The position numbers and the translations under genes are program-made. A stretch of 64,000 bases of DNA from a virus, in the IMG/VR virus record IMGVR_UViG_3300020213_000030, positions 4,530-68,529 of that record; one strand, 5' to 3'. The notes beneath the pieces are model-generated. The model ran no database searches and was not told the origin of the DNA. It saw only the letters and a list, made by a program, of their open reading frames with translations. Shown here one piece after another: positions 10,527-19,375 of this stretch (the stretch's first letter is position 1; each line of letters begins with the position of its first letter).

Positions 10527-11759
10527 TCAGAACCATTCGGTGAAGCGAGCTCGCGCACCGAGCGTCGGGTGATAGACGAAGCATTCCACCCCCTGGCGGT
10601 TTACATAGCCGTTGCGATCGTGCCAGCCATCGGGAGCCGACGGAGAGCGAACGTATTCAATCTGGAGATGCTCACCCTCAACCTGCGTCTTGCCACTGAC
10701 CATTGTGGTCATCCCGTTGTGATCTTTCTCGCGCAGGTAGGCGAACTCACTGCGGCTCTTGCGGTCCTTGTGGTGGACATGGTGGAGGAGCCAGTAGAGG
10801 TTGGAGCAGTCAGAGATGTGCTCCCGGGCTTCCTTGACCATCAGGCCGTAGAGCTTCTCTTCTTTGGCTCCGTCGCCGTGGGTCAGGCCGAAGAGATTGT
10901 TTTCGAAGCGGTAATATTTGCGATGCGCTTCGGACAGGTTGTACTCAGTGCTATGAACAGCAGGGTTCCCACGGAGGCGGCCGGCGATCGCCTGAGACAA
11001 CGCCCACCCTATCAGCCAGTCGTGGTTTGACATGCAGTGAACCAGGTCGACATCAGCGACCTTGGTGCATTCGTTGATCACCTCCTCGACTGCCTCGGCG
11101 GCGTCCTTAAAGCCCTGGAAGATTGTGCCGTCGCTGTCTAGGAACGTGCCACTGGTTGTGGTCGAACGCGGGGTGTCGACATGGAGGATGTCGTTGCCGA
11201 GCACGAAGAGGATCCGGCCGATGCCCATCGGTTGAGCCAGGCGAAGCAAAGCTTTCGTGCCTTCAACGACACGATGCCGGGCAACCTTGCGATTGTAGCT
11301 GTAACCAGTCTCGGACTTCACGCAGAGTTTGAGGAAGTGGATATCTGCCAGGTCGATAATCAGCAGGTGTTCACCATTACCCCTGGGTGCTCTCCGTGGC
11401 TCCAACTTCTTAAAGCGTACCGGCGCCTCGAGCACCGCTTCCCGCACCATGTCATAGATGGCGATGTCTTTGCCGGTCTGGGGGTTCCTGACGAACAGGG
11501 AGTAGCCGTTGCCGTTATCGTCTTTGATGATCTTCCAGAAGTGGGCAAGGTTCTCGGGATTCTCGATGCCACCAACGGCGGCTGCTTGTACGATCTGGGG
11601 GTCAAGTTCCGGTTTGGACAATGTTCGTATGACGGCATTTTTATGGACGCCAATCAAGCGGCCGATTTCGGTGAAATTTGGTGTGCCGTTACGTTTCTTC
11701 ACAGAACGCGACAGCTCCCAGATCCGCGCATAGGTCTCTGGGGTATGGTGACCAATCAT
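10527..11759 (-). CDS. Calcineurin-like metallophosphoesterase with an N-terminal HTH-like segment
   Basis: DLADIH, LGNDILH, SNHD, THGD and HHVHH metal-binding motifs; N-terminal FTEIGRLIGVHKNAVIR. Confidence 0.7.
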   Translation of the reverse strand: MIGHHTPETYARIWELSRSVKKRNGTPNFTEIGRLIGVHKNAVIRTLSKPELDPQIVQAAAVGGIENPENLAHFWKIIKDDNGNGYSLFVRNPQTGKDIAIYDMVREAVLEAPVRFKKLEPRRAPRGNGEHLLIIDLADIHFLKLCVKSETGYSYNRKVARHRVVEGTKALLRLAQPMGIGRILFVLGNDILHVDTPRSTTTSGTFLDSDGTIFQGFKDAAEAVEEVINECTKVADVDLVHCMSNHDWLIGWALSQAIAGRLRGNPAVHSTEYNLSEAHRKYYRFENNLFGLTHGDGAKEEKLYGLMVKEAREHISDCSNLYWLLHHVHHKDRKSRSEFAYLREKDHNGMTTMVSGKTQVEGEHLQIEYVRSPSAPDGWHDRNGYVNRQGVECFVYHPTLGARARFTEWF

Positions 11760-12115
11760 TATGGGGTCCTGCGAGAGGAGGATTTCTGCCCGGCTTCAAT
11801 GACGCGGTCCAACCGTTCATTAATGCCGTCAAGCCGCTTTTCCATGCGTTCGCCGACTTCGGTAATCGTTTTGGATACGGCCTCGAACTCGCGATTGACG
11901 TCATCCTTGGAGGTGTAAGTCTCGGCGACGTGGAGCTTGTAGGCTTGAAGAGAATCTGAAGCAATTTCGGCTTTGGTCTTGGCAGCCAGGGCGGTCATAC
12001 TGGCAACATCTGCCGCCGAATTGATCCTGCCTTCGATACGCCACCAGACACCGCCGACGAAGCCGACGATGGTGATCAGGCCCAGGATCATTTCCCAGGT
12101 GATATTTCCAGTCAT
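11759..12115 (-). CDS. Lysis-cassette membrane protein (one TM + coiled coil)
   Basis: N-terminal TM helix, YKLHVAETY motif, coiled-coil tail; follows the holin-like genes. Confidence 0.55.
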   Translation of the reverse strand: MTGNITWEMILGLITIVGFVGGVWWRIEGRINSAADVASMTALAAKTKAEIASDSLQAYKLHVAETYTSKDDVNREFEAVSKTITEVGERMEKRLDGINERLDRVIEAGQKSSSRRTP

Positions 12116-12229
12116 AATGGTGGTTCCGCTACTGAGTGATTATCAGGATAATCAGTGTGGCTGGGAACAGCAGTTGCGGAAATTGTAAAGCACTACTGGG
12201 TTGAGATGAACAGGCTAGAAGCTAGGAAT

Positions 12230-12640
12230 TCACCTCTTGAATCGGCCGACGATAAGCAGGCTGGCGTCCGCAAGGACAATGCCGGGAACGAGGATCTTGG
12301 CCATGTCTTTGATGTCGGGGGGCACATCAATGACAACGAGGTCCAGGCCAAACCAGGGATTGATGATCTGGAGGGCAAAGATGGCAGCCCACCACAGGCC
12401 AAACGGTACAACAATCAGCCAGCGGCCAACCGATGTGGCAGACCATGCCCGACCGGCTTCAACCACAGCGATGTCTCGGGCAGCCTCGATGCCCTTGATG
12501 GTTCGTTCAGCCTCGAGAGCTTCGGTGTCGTTCTTGGCGGTGAGCTTTGCCTGGTAAGCCGCGAGAAGTGGGTCCGTGAATTGCTTCACGATCCCACCAC
12601 CGAAGAAGGCGAGAATGGCCTGGAGCATTAGGTGGACCAC
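12230..12640 (-). CDS. Putative holin / lysis membrane protein
   Basis: Several hydrophobic helices; downstream of the endolysin. Confidence 0.5.
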   Translation of the reverse strand: MVHLMLQAILAFFGGGIVKQFTDPLLAAYQAKLTAKNDTEALEAERTIKGIEAARDIAVVEAGRAWSATSVGRWLIVVPFGLWWAAIFALQIINPWFGLDLVVIDVPPDIKDMAKILVPGIVLADASLLIVGRFKR

Positions 12641-12846
12641 CCCATCTTCTTGGCCAGCCAGTAGAAGCCCTCGGTCGCGACGGCGATGACGACGCCGACC
12701 AAGACGTCAACAGCAGAACCAATTGCGGTGAGCACTTCCGGGTCACTGGCCAGCTCTTCCGCAAGAGCCATTGACACGACTCCCTTGGCAGCAAAGTAGC
12801 CTGCGAGGTATCGTGCGCCGATACGCAGGAATGGTGATAGTTTCAA
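12628..12846 (-). CDS. Small putative holin (Pam3-gp28-like)
   Basis: 72 aa; PFLRIGARYLAG...EGFYWLAKKMGWST with two hydrophobic segments; adjacent to the endolysin. Confidence 0.55.
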   Translation of the reverse strand: MKLSPFLRIGARYLAGYFAAKGVVSMALAEELASDPEVLTAIGSAVDVLVGVVIAVATEGFYWLAKKMGWST

Positions 12847-13605
12847 TTATGCCTCCTTGGCAACTGCGGTGAGTGTGCGGGATCGCTGGTAGTTAATTAC
12901 CGCACGAATGAAGAGGACGGCCACGGCCACGCCGAATAGCGCGACGAGTAGCCAAGTCGGAAAGGACCCTACGTTGTCGATAGTGACACCACCGGTGGGA
13001 ACCATAACCACAGCACCACCAGCCTGAGCGCCGGCGGACTGGCTGGCCTTTTTGGCCTCTTCCTTGAGTTCGGCTTTGGTCAGCACCCAGCTCAGAGCCC
13101 TGGCTTCAACGTTGATGATACGTCGCGACCAGCCCTTGCCGAAGGTGTTCCAGATCGCGAGAGACTTGAAAAACGAAAGCCTCCGCGCGCAGTGTGACTT
13201 AATAATCTTCGCATGGTCAGCCAACATGACAGCCCTGCGGGTAACCGGACCCATCTTGCCATCAGCTTTGACGCCGACGACTCGCTGGAGATCCTTCACG
13301 CTGCGGGATGGGCCGGAGTTGACGCCGTAGTCGAAGACAGCGAGATCGAGCCCGGATGGGAGATCGTCGCCGCAGACTTTGTTCCAATAGTTCACCTCGT
13401 AGATGCCGGCGATCTGAACGTCGGTGAGGTTCCTGATGTCGAGATGAGGGAAGCTGGCTGCAGCAATTCCCTTCTTGGTTCCCTTTAGGATTCCGGAGCC
13501 GACCTTACCGCCGGTCCAGTTACCCGGGTCCTTGCGGTTCATGGTAAAGCCACCTTCGTGGACAAGGACCTCAGCTAGGGATGCTGTGAAGTTTTTCCAA
13601 GCCAT
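12847..13605 (-). CDS. Endolysin, glycoside hydrolase family 108, with peptidoglycan-binding region and C-terminal TM
   Basis: HEGGF..NRKDPG, GTKKGI, FDYGVNSG and FGKGWSRR motifs. Confidence 0.88.
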   Translation of the reverse strand: MAWKNFTASLAEVLVHEGGFTMNRKDPGNWTGGKVGSGILKGTKKGIAAASFPHLDIRNLTDVQIAGIYEVNYWNKVCGDDLPSGLDLAVFDYGVNSGPSRSVKDLQRVVGVKADGKMGPVTRRAVMLADHAKIIKSHCARRLSFFKSLAIWNTFGKGWSRRIINVEARALSWVLTKAELKEEAKKASQSAGAQAGGAVVMVPTGGVTIDNVGSFPTWLLVALFGVAVAVLFIRAVINYQRSRTLTAVAKEA

Positions 13606-13686
13606 GAGAAGTAATCCGTTGAAAATAGCTGAATGGGTTTGTTGGGAATGACCCTAGCAAAATCATTCACACATTACTAGTGATTA

Positions 13687-14394
13687 TCAAACGAAGCCAC
13701 GCTCGTCGAATTTGGCGAGTGAGCCATGCGCGGATTGGCTCGCCAGATCGCGTTGTTCAACAGTGAGGCAGTCAACTTCGAAGCCTGCCAGGTACTCCTG
13801 ACCTTTCATGATATTATCCACCCCGCTCATGTGGGAGTAGACCTCGTGTGCCACCCGTTTCCGGAACGCATTATGAAGGTAATGCGGGATGACAATCTCC
13901 TGGTTGAGATAGCCGGCGCCGGTGTCGAGCAACTGAGCATGCTCTGCCTGATAGATGAGTGTCAGGGGCTCGGCATTAACCGGAGTTGGCACGTAAAGAA
14001 CCAGGGGGTTTGGAGTAAACACGGAGCCAGTATTATCAGCGTCATTCAGTGGCACCTTACCATATTGATCCCAAACCTCGAGGACACGGATCAAATCATC
14101 CTGGAAGGGATTGGCCACGGTGTCAGTGATGTAGTGGACGGTGACAGTCGGGTCATTGGCGCTTATGGTGTACTTCGAGAGTAGCTCATAGCGAGTGATC
14201 GTAGTCTCCAGAGTGACGATAATTTCCTCCTGGCGTAGGACGAATCGGCTGTACACCGCAGTGAGTGCGGTGTTCATGTACATGATCAGCTGTGGGTGCT
14301 TTCCCTCGATGATCACGCCGGATCCCGAATTGCTGATCGACAGGTTGGACAGCTCGCCGAAAGAGAGCTGACGGAGGAAATCAGAAATATTCAT
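13687..14394 (-). CDS. N4 gp67-like head-tail adaptor
   Basis: LRQLSFGELSNLS start and FDERGFV end; downstream of the large terminase. Confidence 0.75.
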   Translation of the reverse strand: MNISDFLRQLSFGELSNLSISNSGSGVIIEGKHPQLIMYMNTALTAVYSRFVLRQEEIIVTLETTITRYELLSKYTISANDPTVTVHYITDTVANPFQDDLIRVLEVWDQYGKVPLNDADNTGSVFTPNPLVLYVPTPVNAEPLTLIYQAEHAQLLDTGAGYLNQEIVIPHYLHNAFRKRVAHEVYSHMSGVDNIMKGQEYLAGFEVDCLTVEQRDLASQSAHGSLAKFDERGFV

Positions 14395-14412
14395 GGTTAA
14401 TCACCGAGTTAA

Positions 14413-16077
14413 TCAGACAATGTAGGAAGCAAGCGCGCTATGCTCATTGGCGGCGAGCTCATCAGCTGTCCAGTCTGGACCACCATTGTGGTCCATCATC
14501 GGGGCCTGCTCACTCGGTTTCCAAGCGTTGAGGTACATTAACATGGAAATCGTATCGAGGCAGTCGTCTTTTCCTTTAAGGCCATTTTTTGTGGCCATTC
14601 GAATCTGACCATAGAAATGCCCCATGACCTTGGAGGTCCTCCACTCGGTCGGGAAATACATCTTTCCGGCCTTGAAAAGGGGCACCACCAGGTTGAAGCG
14701 AGCGAGTTTGTTGATCACTGGCATGATGCCAGGCTCCCCCGACTTCTGGGAGGAGGCGAAGTTGAACCAGATGTTCCGAGTGAGCATCTCACTCTGCAGC
14801 CACTTGATGAAGGCCCGCTGTTGCCCAGAGATCTCGATCCCGACGGCTTGTGGGTGGTATATTTGAACCAGACGGAAGAGCTCGTTGACCGGCTTCTCAG
14901 CGGTGGCCCGTTCGCAGTAGCCGTCCACCCAGAACCAGTCGCCGTTGGAGTTGTGGGCCCAGACCGAGATAACTGAATAGTCGCTGGTCTGCTTGTCCGA
15001 AGTAGCAAAGTCTGTGGTGATATAGAAGTTGTATTGACTCTTGCGCTCGAGCAGCTGGATCCTCGAGAACTCCCGGATCTCCGACTCCTGGACCAGACGT
15101 TCTTCGTCGCTCGAGATCCGGAGCATCAGTTCCTGCATGAAGCCTTCAACGGTGCCACCGAGTACCGCGTTTTCGTATTGCTCCATGATGAATTCATATG
15201 TGAAGCGATCGTCCCAAGCCCCGATGAAATCTTCCCTGGTGCAGGGAAAACGCTCACATACTGGCCAGACGTTGACATCCCAGGCGCCGGACTCGACCGC
15301 CATGATCAGGATGTCTTGCTGGTTGAACGGCGTGCCATTGAAGATGATCTTCCGGCGGGTCGGGTCGAGGGCGTAGTTGATGCCTTTGTGGACCGTATCA
15401 CTGATAGATTGCATCGACGCTCTGGACTTGGCGTCGTCGTCGGAAACGAGGTCGTCGAGCACAGCAAGCTTCGGACGCTTGCCGAAAATCTTGGTTCCGC
15501 GGATACCGGTTTTGGCACCGAACATCTTGATGCCGAAGCGCTTACCTTCCTTGTTGGTAAACTCGATATAACTGTCCGTGAAGTGAGCCTCGGGCAGCCA
15601 CTCCTGGAGAAACTCCGAATTCTGGTAGCGAAACTCCAGGTTCTTGCGCGCCGACTTTACACCGTTGTCCATCGAGTCGGACACGTAGATCATGCTGTCA
15701 AGCTCACCGAACTCAGGCAGATAATGGAAAATGGCGAGGATCGGAGCCAGGTACTCAAAGAACAACGTAGTCTTGGCGGCACCTCGAAAGCAGAGGTTTG
15801 CAATCTGGGTCGACTTAGAGCTGAGCTTGTCCAGCATCTTCAGATGAACCGGTGGCGTTTTGTGACTTTCCCCCTCTTTGCCGTTGATCAGCTTTACTAG
15901 GTTCATAAAAACGAGGCTGAACTCAGATGGCACGTAATGACCGTCGTTGAGTTCGGTGTAGTCGACACCATCCAGCCATTGGTCGAGTGTCTGTTTGATG
16001 ATCGTGCGGCCAGTGAAACTGACGGTGCTGTCAACCTCGTTGGTCTCGATCGGATCACTCATCAGTAATCTCATCAC
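14413..16077 (-). CDS. terL: Terminase large subunit (N4 gp68 family)
   Basis: CFRGAAKTT Walker A, LAVLDDL Walker B, ITTDFATS and DDCLDTISML nuclease motifs. Confidence 0.93.
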   Translation of the reverse strand: MMRLLMSDPIETNEVDSTVSFTGRTIIKQTLDQWLDGVDYTELNDGHYVPSEFSLVFMNLVKLINGKEGESHKTPPVHLKMLDKLSSKSTQIANLCFRGAAKTTLFFEYLAPILAIFHYLPEFGELDSMIYVSDSMDNGVKSARKNLEFRYQNSEFLQEWLPEAHFTDSYIEFTNKEGKRFGIKMFGAKTGIRGTKIFGKRPKLAVLDDLVSDDDAKSRASMQSISDTVHKGINYALDPTRRKIIFNGTPFNQQDILIMAVESGAWDVNVWPVCERFPCTREDFIGAWDDRFTYEFIMEQYENAVLGGTVEGFMQELMLRISSDEERLVQESEIREFSRIQLLERKSQYNFYITTDFATSDKQTSDYSVISVWAHNSNGDWFWVDGYCERATAEKPVNELFRLVQIYHPQAVGIEISGQQRAFIKWLQSEMLTRNIWFNFASSQKSGEPGIMPVINKLARFNLVVPLFKAGKMYFPTEWRTSKVMGHFYGQIRMATKNGLKGKDDCLDTISMLMYLNAWKPSEQAPMMDHNGGPDWTADELAANEHSALASYIV

Positions 16078-16357
16078 GAACCAACCACGTCAGCAGCTCG
16101 TCCTTGGCGTCACGTATCTTCTGGCTGTCCATCGCCGCCAATTCGTCGGGATACTCCGGCAGGACACCCTTCGACATAAAATCACGAACGAATTTCACTA
16201 CGAGAACATAGTGATCCCTGTCATCGAGATAAACATCACCTGGGCGCTCATCGGTCTCAACCGCGCAAAGCGCCACACGAATTCCTTTAATGGTTCGGAG
16301 TCTAATTGCCATCGACAAGCTCCTCGTCACGGACCAGCCTTGAGGCTGCGACGTCAA
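16055..16357 (-). CDS. Hypothetical protein between the terminase genes (start probably MAIRLRTIKG)
   Basis: Fills the gap and overlaps both neighbours. Confidence 0.5.
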   Translation of the reverse strand: MTSQPQGWSVTRSLSMAIRLRTIKGIRVALCAVETDERPGDVYLDDRDHYVLVVKFVRDFMSKGVLPEYPDELAAMDSQKIRDAKDELLTWLVRDEITDE

Positions 16358-17087
16358 TCGTTTTCATGTTGCCGGCCTCGATCGCCTGCCGCTGCTGCTG
16401 GGCGAGCTGGGCCAGCGTGGCCTTCATCTCCGCCATACCTGAGGTCTCCGCGGTATTGAGGTTAATTTGGAAGTCACCCTTGGGCTCGGGCTTCTTGAGG
16501 TGGGTGAGCAGAGAATTGGCCGCATCCGTCCGAACCTTCTCGCTGGTGGCGTTCAGCATCAGATCGGCCTGAACGTTGAGTGCCTTCTGGAAGAGGTCCT
16601 GGTTGAGCACCCAGGTGGGAACCAGGGATTGCTCCATGATCAGGTTGACCATCTTGCCGCAGTGATACGCCGAGACGTAGGACGAGATGTCTTTCTTGGA
16701 AGTGCCCTTGGCGAGGAGGTTTGCGTATCGCTGTGGGAAGGCCCGGGCATACGAGTCTTCGTTGGTGTAGCCCATCAGCTTAAAGCTGACGTAGGCGACT
16801 GCATGGACGTAGTCCTCAGTCTTGAACCTACCTTCCTTGAGGACCACCATGTAGCTGACGAAGTTGTCCCGAATGTTATCGGCAGCGATTGGATCCGCAG
16901 AGATCGCGTTCAACGTGTCGACCATCACCTGGGTCACTGATGCCCGCAGGTGTGAGGGCAGGGCGCGCTTGACGTCCGCCTTGGTCAGAAGAACCAAGGA
17001 GGAAGACGGAGCCACCACTCCCGTACCTGGTGTTGGTACGGGCGCTGGCTGCAAGGGGGGCGTTCCGAAAAGGGACGGGGTCGTCAT
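16302..17087 (-). CDS. N4 gp69-like protein (putative terminase small subunit)
   Basis: YVHAVAYVSFKLMG and SEKVRTDAANSLLTHLKKPE motifs; upstream of terL. Confidence 0.75.
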   Translation of the reverse strand: MTTPSLFGTPPLQPAPVPTPGTGVVAPSSSLVLLTKADVKRALPSHLRASVTQVMVDTLNAISADPIAADNIRDNFVSYMVVLKEGRFKTEDYVHAVAYVSFKLMGYTNEDSYARAFPQRYANLLAKGTSKKDISSYVSAYHCGKMVNLIMEQSLVPTWVLNQDLFQKALNVQADLMLNATSEKVRTDAANSLLTHLKKPEPKGDFQINLNTAETSGMAEMKATLAQLAQQQRQAIEAGNMKTIDVAASRLVRDEELVDGN

Positions 17088-17281
17088 TATATCTATTGCC
17101 TTAAACGGATTTTATGGTAAACATTACCACCATATTGAAGAACCACACCAGATAATCATTTCCGATTACCAAACCATTTAGTTCCCTCGCAGCGTTTGTG
17201 GGTTTCTGCTGCTGAGGTGAGTGGGGCCGAGAGAGGGGGGAACACTCCTTCCCCTGAGTTCTCTTGGCCCCTTTTTCATTT

Positions 17282-17629
17282 TCATACCAGAAAGTGCGGG
17301 AGACCCGTGTTCGGGATAACCGTGACGGCCCGGCTATCCCAGAGCTCGATCATCCAGAAGTCCTTACGATCGGTGACCTGGAGCACCTGACCAAATTCCA
17401 GTTGGCTCCAAACCGTCCAGTTGATGATGAACTCATGCAGCTGTTCAGTGGGGAGGCCAGCCCGGGCTGTCATCAGCCGTACTTCTGTGCCTTCCTTGAG
17501 CCATCTGCGGATCCGGTCGCACATTGGCTTGATCGGCTTTCCGATCTTGGCGTAGTGGAAGTCACGGCTGTCGTGAAAGACGATGGTGCCGTCGAGGTCG
17601 ACGCCAATCCAGCCCTGATGGTTGCTCAT
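17282..17629 (-). CDS. HAD-like phosphatase-fold protein
   Basis: WIGVDLDGT motif I, MTAR motif II, ELWDSRAV. Confidence 0.65.
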   Translation of the reverse strand: MSNHQGWIGVDLDGTIVFHDSRDFHYAKIGKPIKPMCDRIRRWLKEGTEVRLMTARAGLPTEQLHEFIINWTVWSQLEFGQVLQVTDRKDFWMIELWDSRAVTVIPNTGLPHFLV

Positions 17630-17973
17630 CGAAGCACCACTGGGCCCTCAGCCCGGACTAATCGCCAGTCGACCAGGCTTTCGGGTGTGGCTGTAGAGTT
17701 GGCGATGATGCTTTCTGGCTTATCGTCAACCCAGATGTCAGGAATGAAATCTTCGCTGAAGTGGGCACAGTACCACTTCTTGGCGATGCCGCGGCAGTAG
17801 ATGACGGGTAGGTACTTCTCCACCTCGACGAGTGCCGAGGTCCGATCGAGGCGCTCGTCCCGGGCTGTCACGATACGGACGTCGTGCTTGAAGAAGCGAG
17901 CGACCCTGATGACCCACTGCCAAAAGCGTGGATCCCTGGAATAGGTCAGATCATAGTCGAGTGCGATCTTCAT
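17626..17973 (-). CDS. HAD-like phosphatase-fold protein
   Basis: IALDYDLT motif I, IVTAR motif II, IWVDDKP motif IV. Confidence 0.7.
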   Translation of the reverse strand: MKIALDYDLTYSRDPRFWQWVIRVARFFKHDVRIVTARDERLDRTSALVEVEKYLPVIYCRGIAKKWYCAHFSEDFIPDIWVDDKPESIIANSTATPESLVDWRLVRAEGPVVLR

Positions 17974-18137
17974 TTTTTGGAGGCACCTTTACCTTGCTGG
18001 GTTTGTTCGAGCAGCTCACGGGCCTTGTCCGCATTGAGCTCTTGCCCGGTGAAGGCAAAGAACATCCGCCGCAGGGCCGTGACCGCGAGCTTGGTTGGGA
18101 TGATCTGGGGGAGGTACTCGGTCACAGCATTGCTCAC
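17970..18137 (-). CDS. Small hypothetical protein (55 aa), apparent paralogue of its neighbour
   Basis: Manual translation MSNAVTEYLPQIIPTKLAVTALRRMFFAFTGQELNADKARELLEQ...; 4-nt start/stop overlaps with both neighbours. Confidence 0.55.
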   Translation of the reverse strand: MSNAVTEYLPQIIPTKLAVTALRRMFFAFTGQELNADKARELLEQTQQGKGASKK

Positions 18138-18316
18138 GGTTGAACCTCTTTCAAAGCAGCAATGGCCTTTTCACGGGCCTCGTTGAAGAGCTCACGAGCC
18201 CTGGCCTCGGGCAATTCCTTGCCCGTCAGGGACTGGATCATCACCTGGATGGCACGTACTGCGCGGGTAACCTCTTCCTCGATGGGTTCGGGAAATGGGG
18301 TGGAATTGAAGGTCAT
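18134..18316 (-). CDS. Small hypothetical protein (60 aa)
   Basis: MTFNSTPFPEPIEEEVTRAVRAIQVMIQSLTGKELPEARARELF...; coupled to the next gene. Confidence 0.55.
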   Translation of the reverse strand: MTFNSTPFPEPIEEEVTRAVRAIQVMIQSLTGKELPEARARELFNEAREKAIAALKEVQP

Positions 18317-18409
18317 TGGATTTTGTCTCTGGGTCCGCTCACCCATCCGGCGCTTTCCGTGCCTGGCGGCCTACGGCCTTGGCACCCGCGCCGGAGGGTT
18401 CGCTGGGGG

Positions 18410-18703
18410 TTAGTTGGTGGCGGTGTCGTCAAGTGCCACCGGATAAGTGAGCAGAGCTTTGACTTGCCCGGTAAGACGCTGTGGCCGGAGCACCGCGCGA
18501 GCCAGGCGAGAGAACCCCTCTTCGATGAGGGTAATGCCACGGGCAACGTCACGCTGATCGATCTTGTCACCGTAGCTCTTCAGCACTTCAGCATGCCGTA
18601 AGGCCAGCTCCTCAAGGCTCTTGCCGGCGTTGACGACCTCGAGACGTAGAGATGACTGGGTGGCTCGGTAGCCGGCGACGGGTAGTCCCTTCATATCTGT
18701 CAT
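18410..18703 (-). CDS. acb2: Acb2-like anti-CBASS cyclic-oligonucleotide sponge protein
   Basis: 97 aa; VAGYR...VNAGKSLEE...DQRDVARGITLIEEGFSRLARAVLRP follows the Acb2 pattern GYR..N..K..R...G.T..(E/Q).G....RA(I/V)..P as I recall it. Confidence 0.7.
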   Translation of the reverse strand: MTDMKGLPVAGYRATQSSLRLEVVNAGKSLEELALRHAEVLKSYGDKIDQRDVARGITLIEEGFSRLARAVLRPQRLTGQVKALLTYPVALDDTATN

Positions 18704-18883
18704 AGGTTTACCTTGCAAATCAGGTTGGGTTATCAGATAATCCGATTTGGGTTTTAAACCACCATTAGATGATTTAATCAAGTGTGATTTTCAAGTACCG
18801 GTTCTCGCGTCCTGCCGGCCCTGGCTCGGTCACGGACTTCTTAGCAATGCGCATAAGGCCAGCTCTATAGAAAGCGCACTGAC

Positions 18884-19375
18884 GTGACCACGATCGCTTA
18901 CCGTTCTGGCATCCTGGTAGCTGACTCGCGGGCCACAACCGATGACATCATCACGGGCAGCAACCACAAGAAGCTGTACGAGCTCGCCGATGGCGGATGC
19001 CTTGCGTTCACGGGCACCATTGAAACGGCAATGGTCCTGATCGACTGGATGATTGCGGCGGCGCAGGTGGGGGATATAGTTGGTCGATCGACCCAGCCCA
19101 AACTCGAGGATGACGCCCGCGTCATTCACCTTCGACCCGATAGCACGGTTTGGATTACCATCAATGATCACTGGGTCCAATGCTACGGCGAGTATCACGC
19201 CTGGGGTAGCGGTATGGCGCCGGCGCTGGGCTGCCTCGCTGCAGGACTTGATCCGGTTGCCGCGGTAGTCGCCGCCTGCAAGGTCGATGTCTGGTCAGGT
19301 GGCACGCCCCAGGTCTTTGCACTCCCAGAGGCCGCTGGTCGTCTCAAGGAAATGATGAAAGGAATTCCTGGATGA
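18884..19375 (+). CDS. HslV/proteasome-type Ntn-hydrolase peptidase
   Basis: MTTIAY..LVADSRAT N-terminal Thr nucleophile, AWGSG and ACKVDVWSGG motifs. Confidence 0.75.
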   Translation: MTTIAYRSGILVADSRATTDDIITGSNHKKLYELADGGCLAFTGTIETAMVLIDWMIAAAQVGDIVGRSTQPKLEDDARVIHLRPDSTVWITINDHWVQCYGEYHAWGSGMAPALGCLAAGLDPVAAVVAACKVDVWSGGTPQVFALPEAAGRLKEMMKGIPG

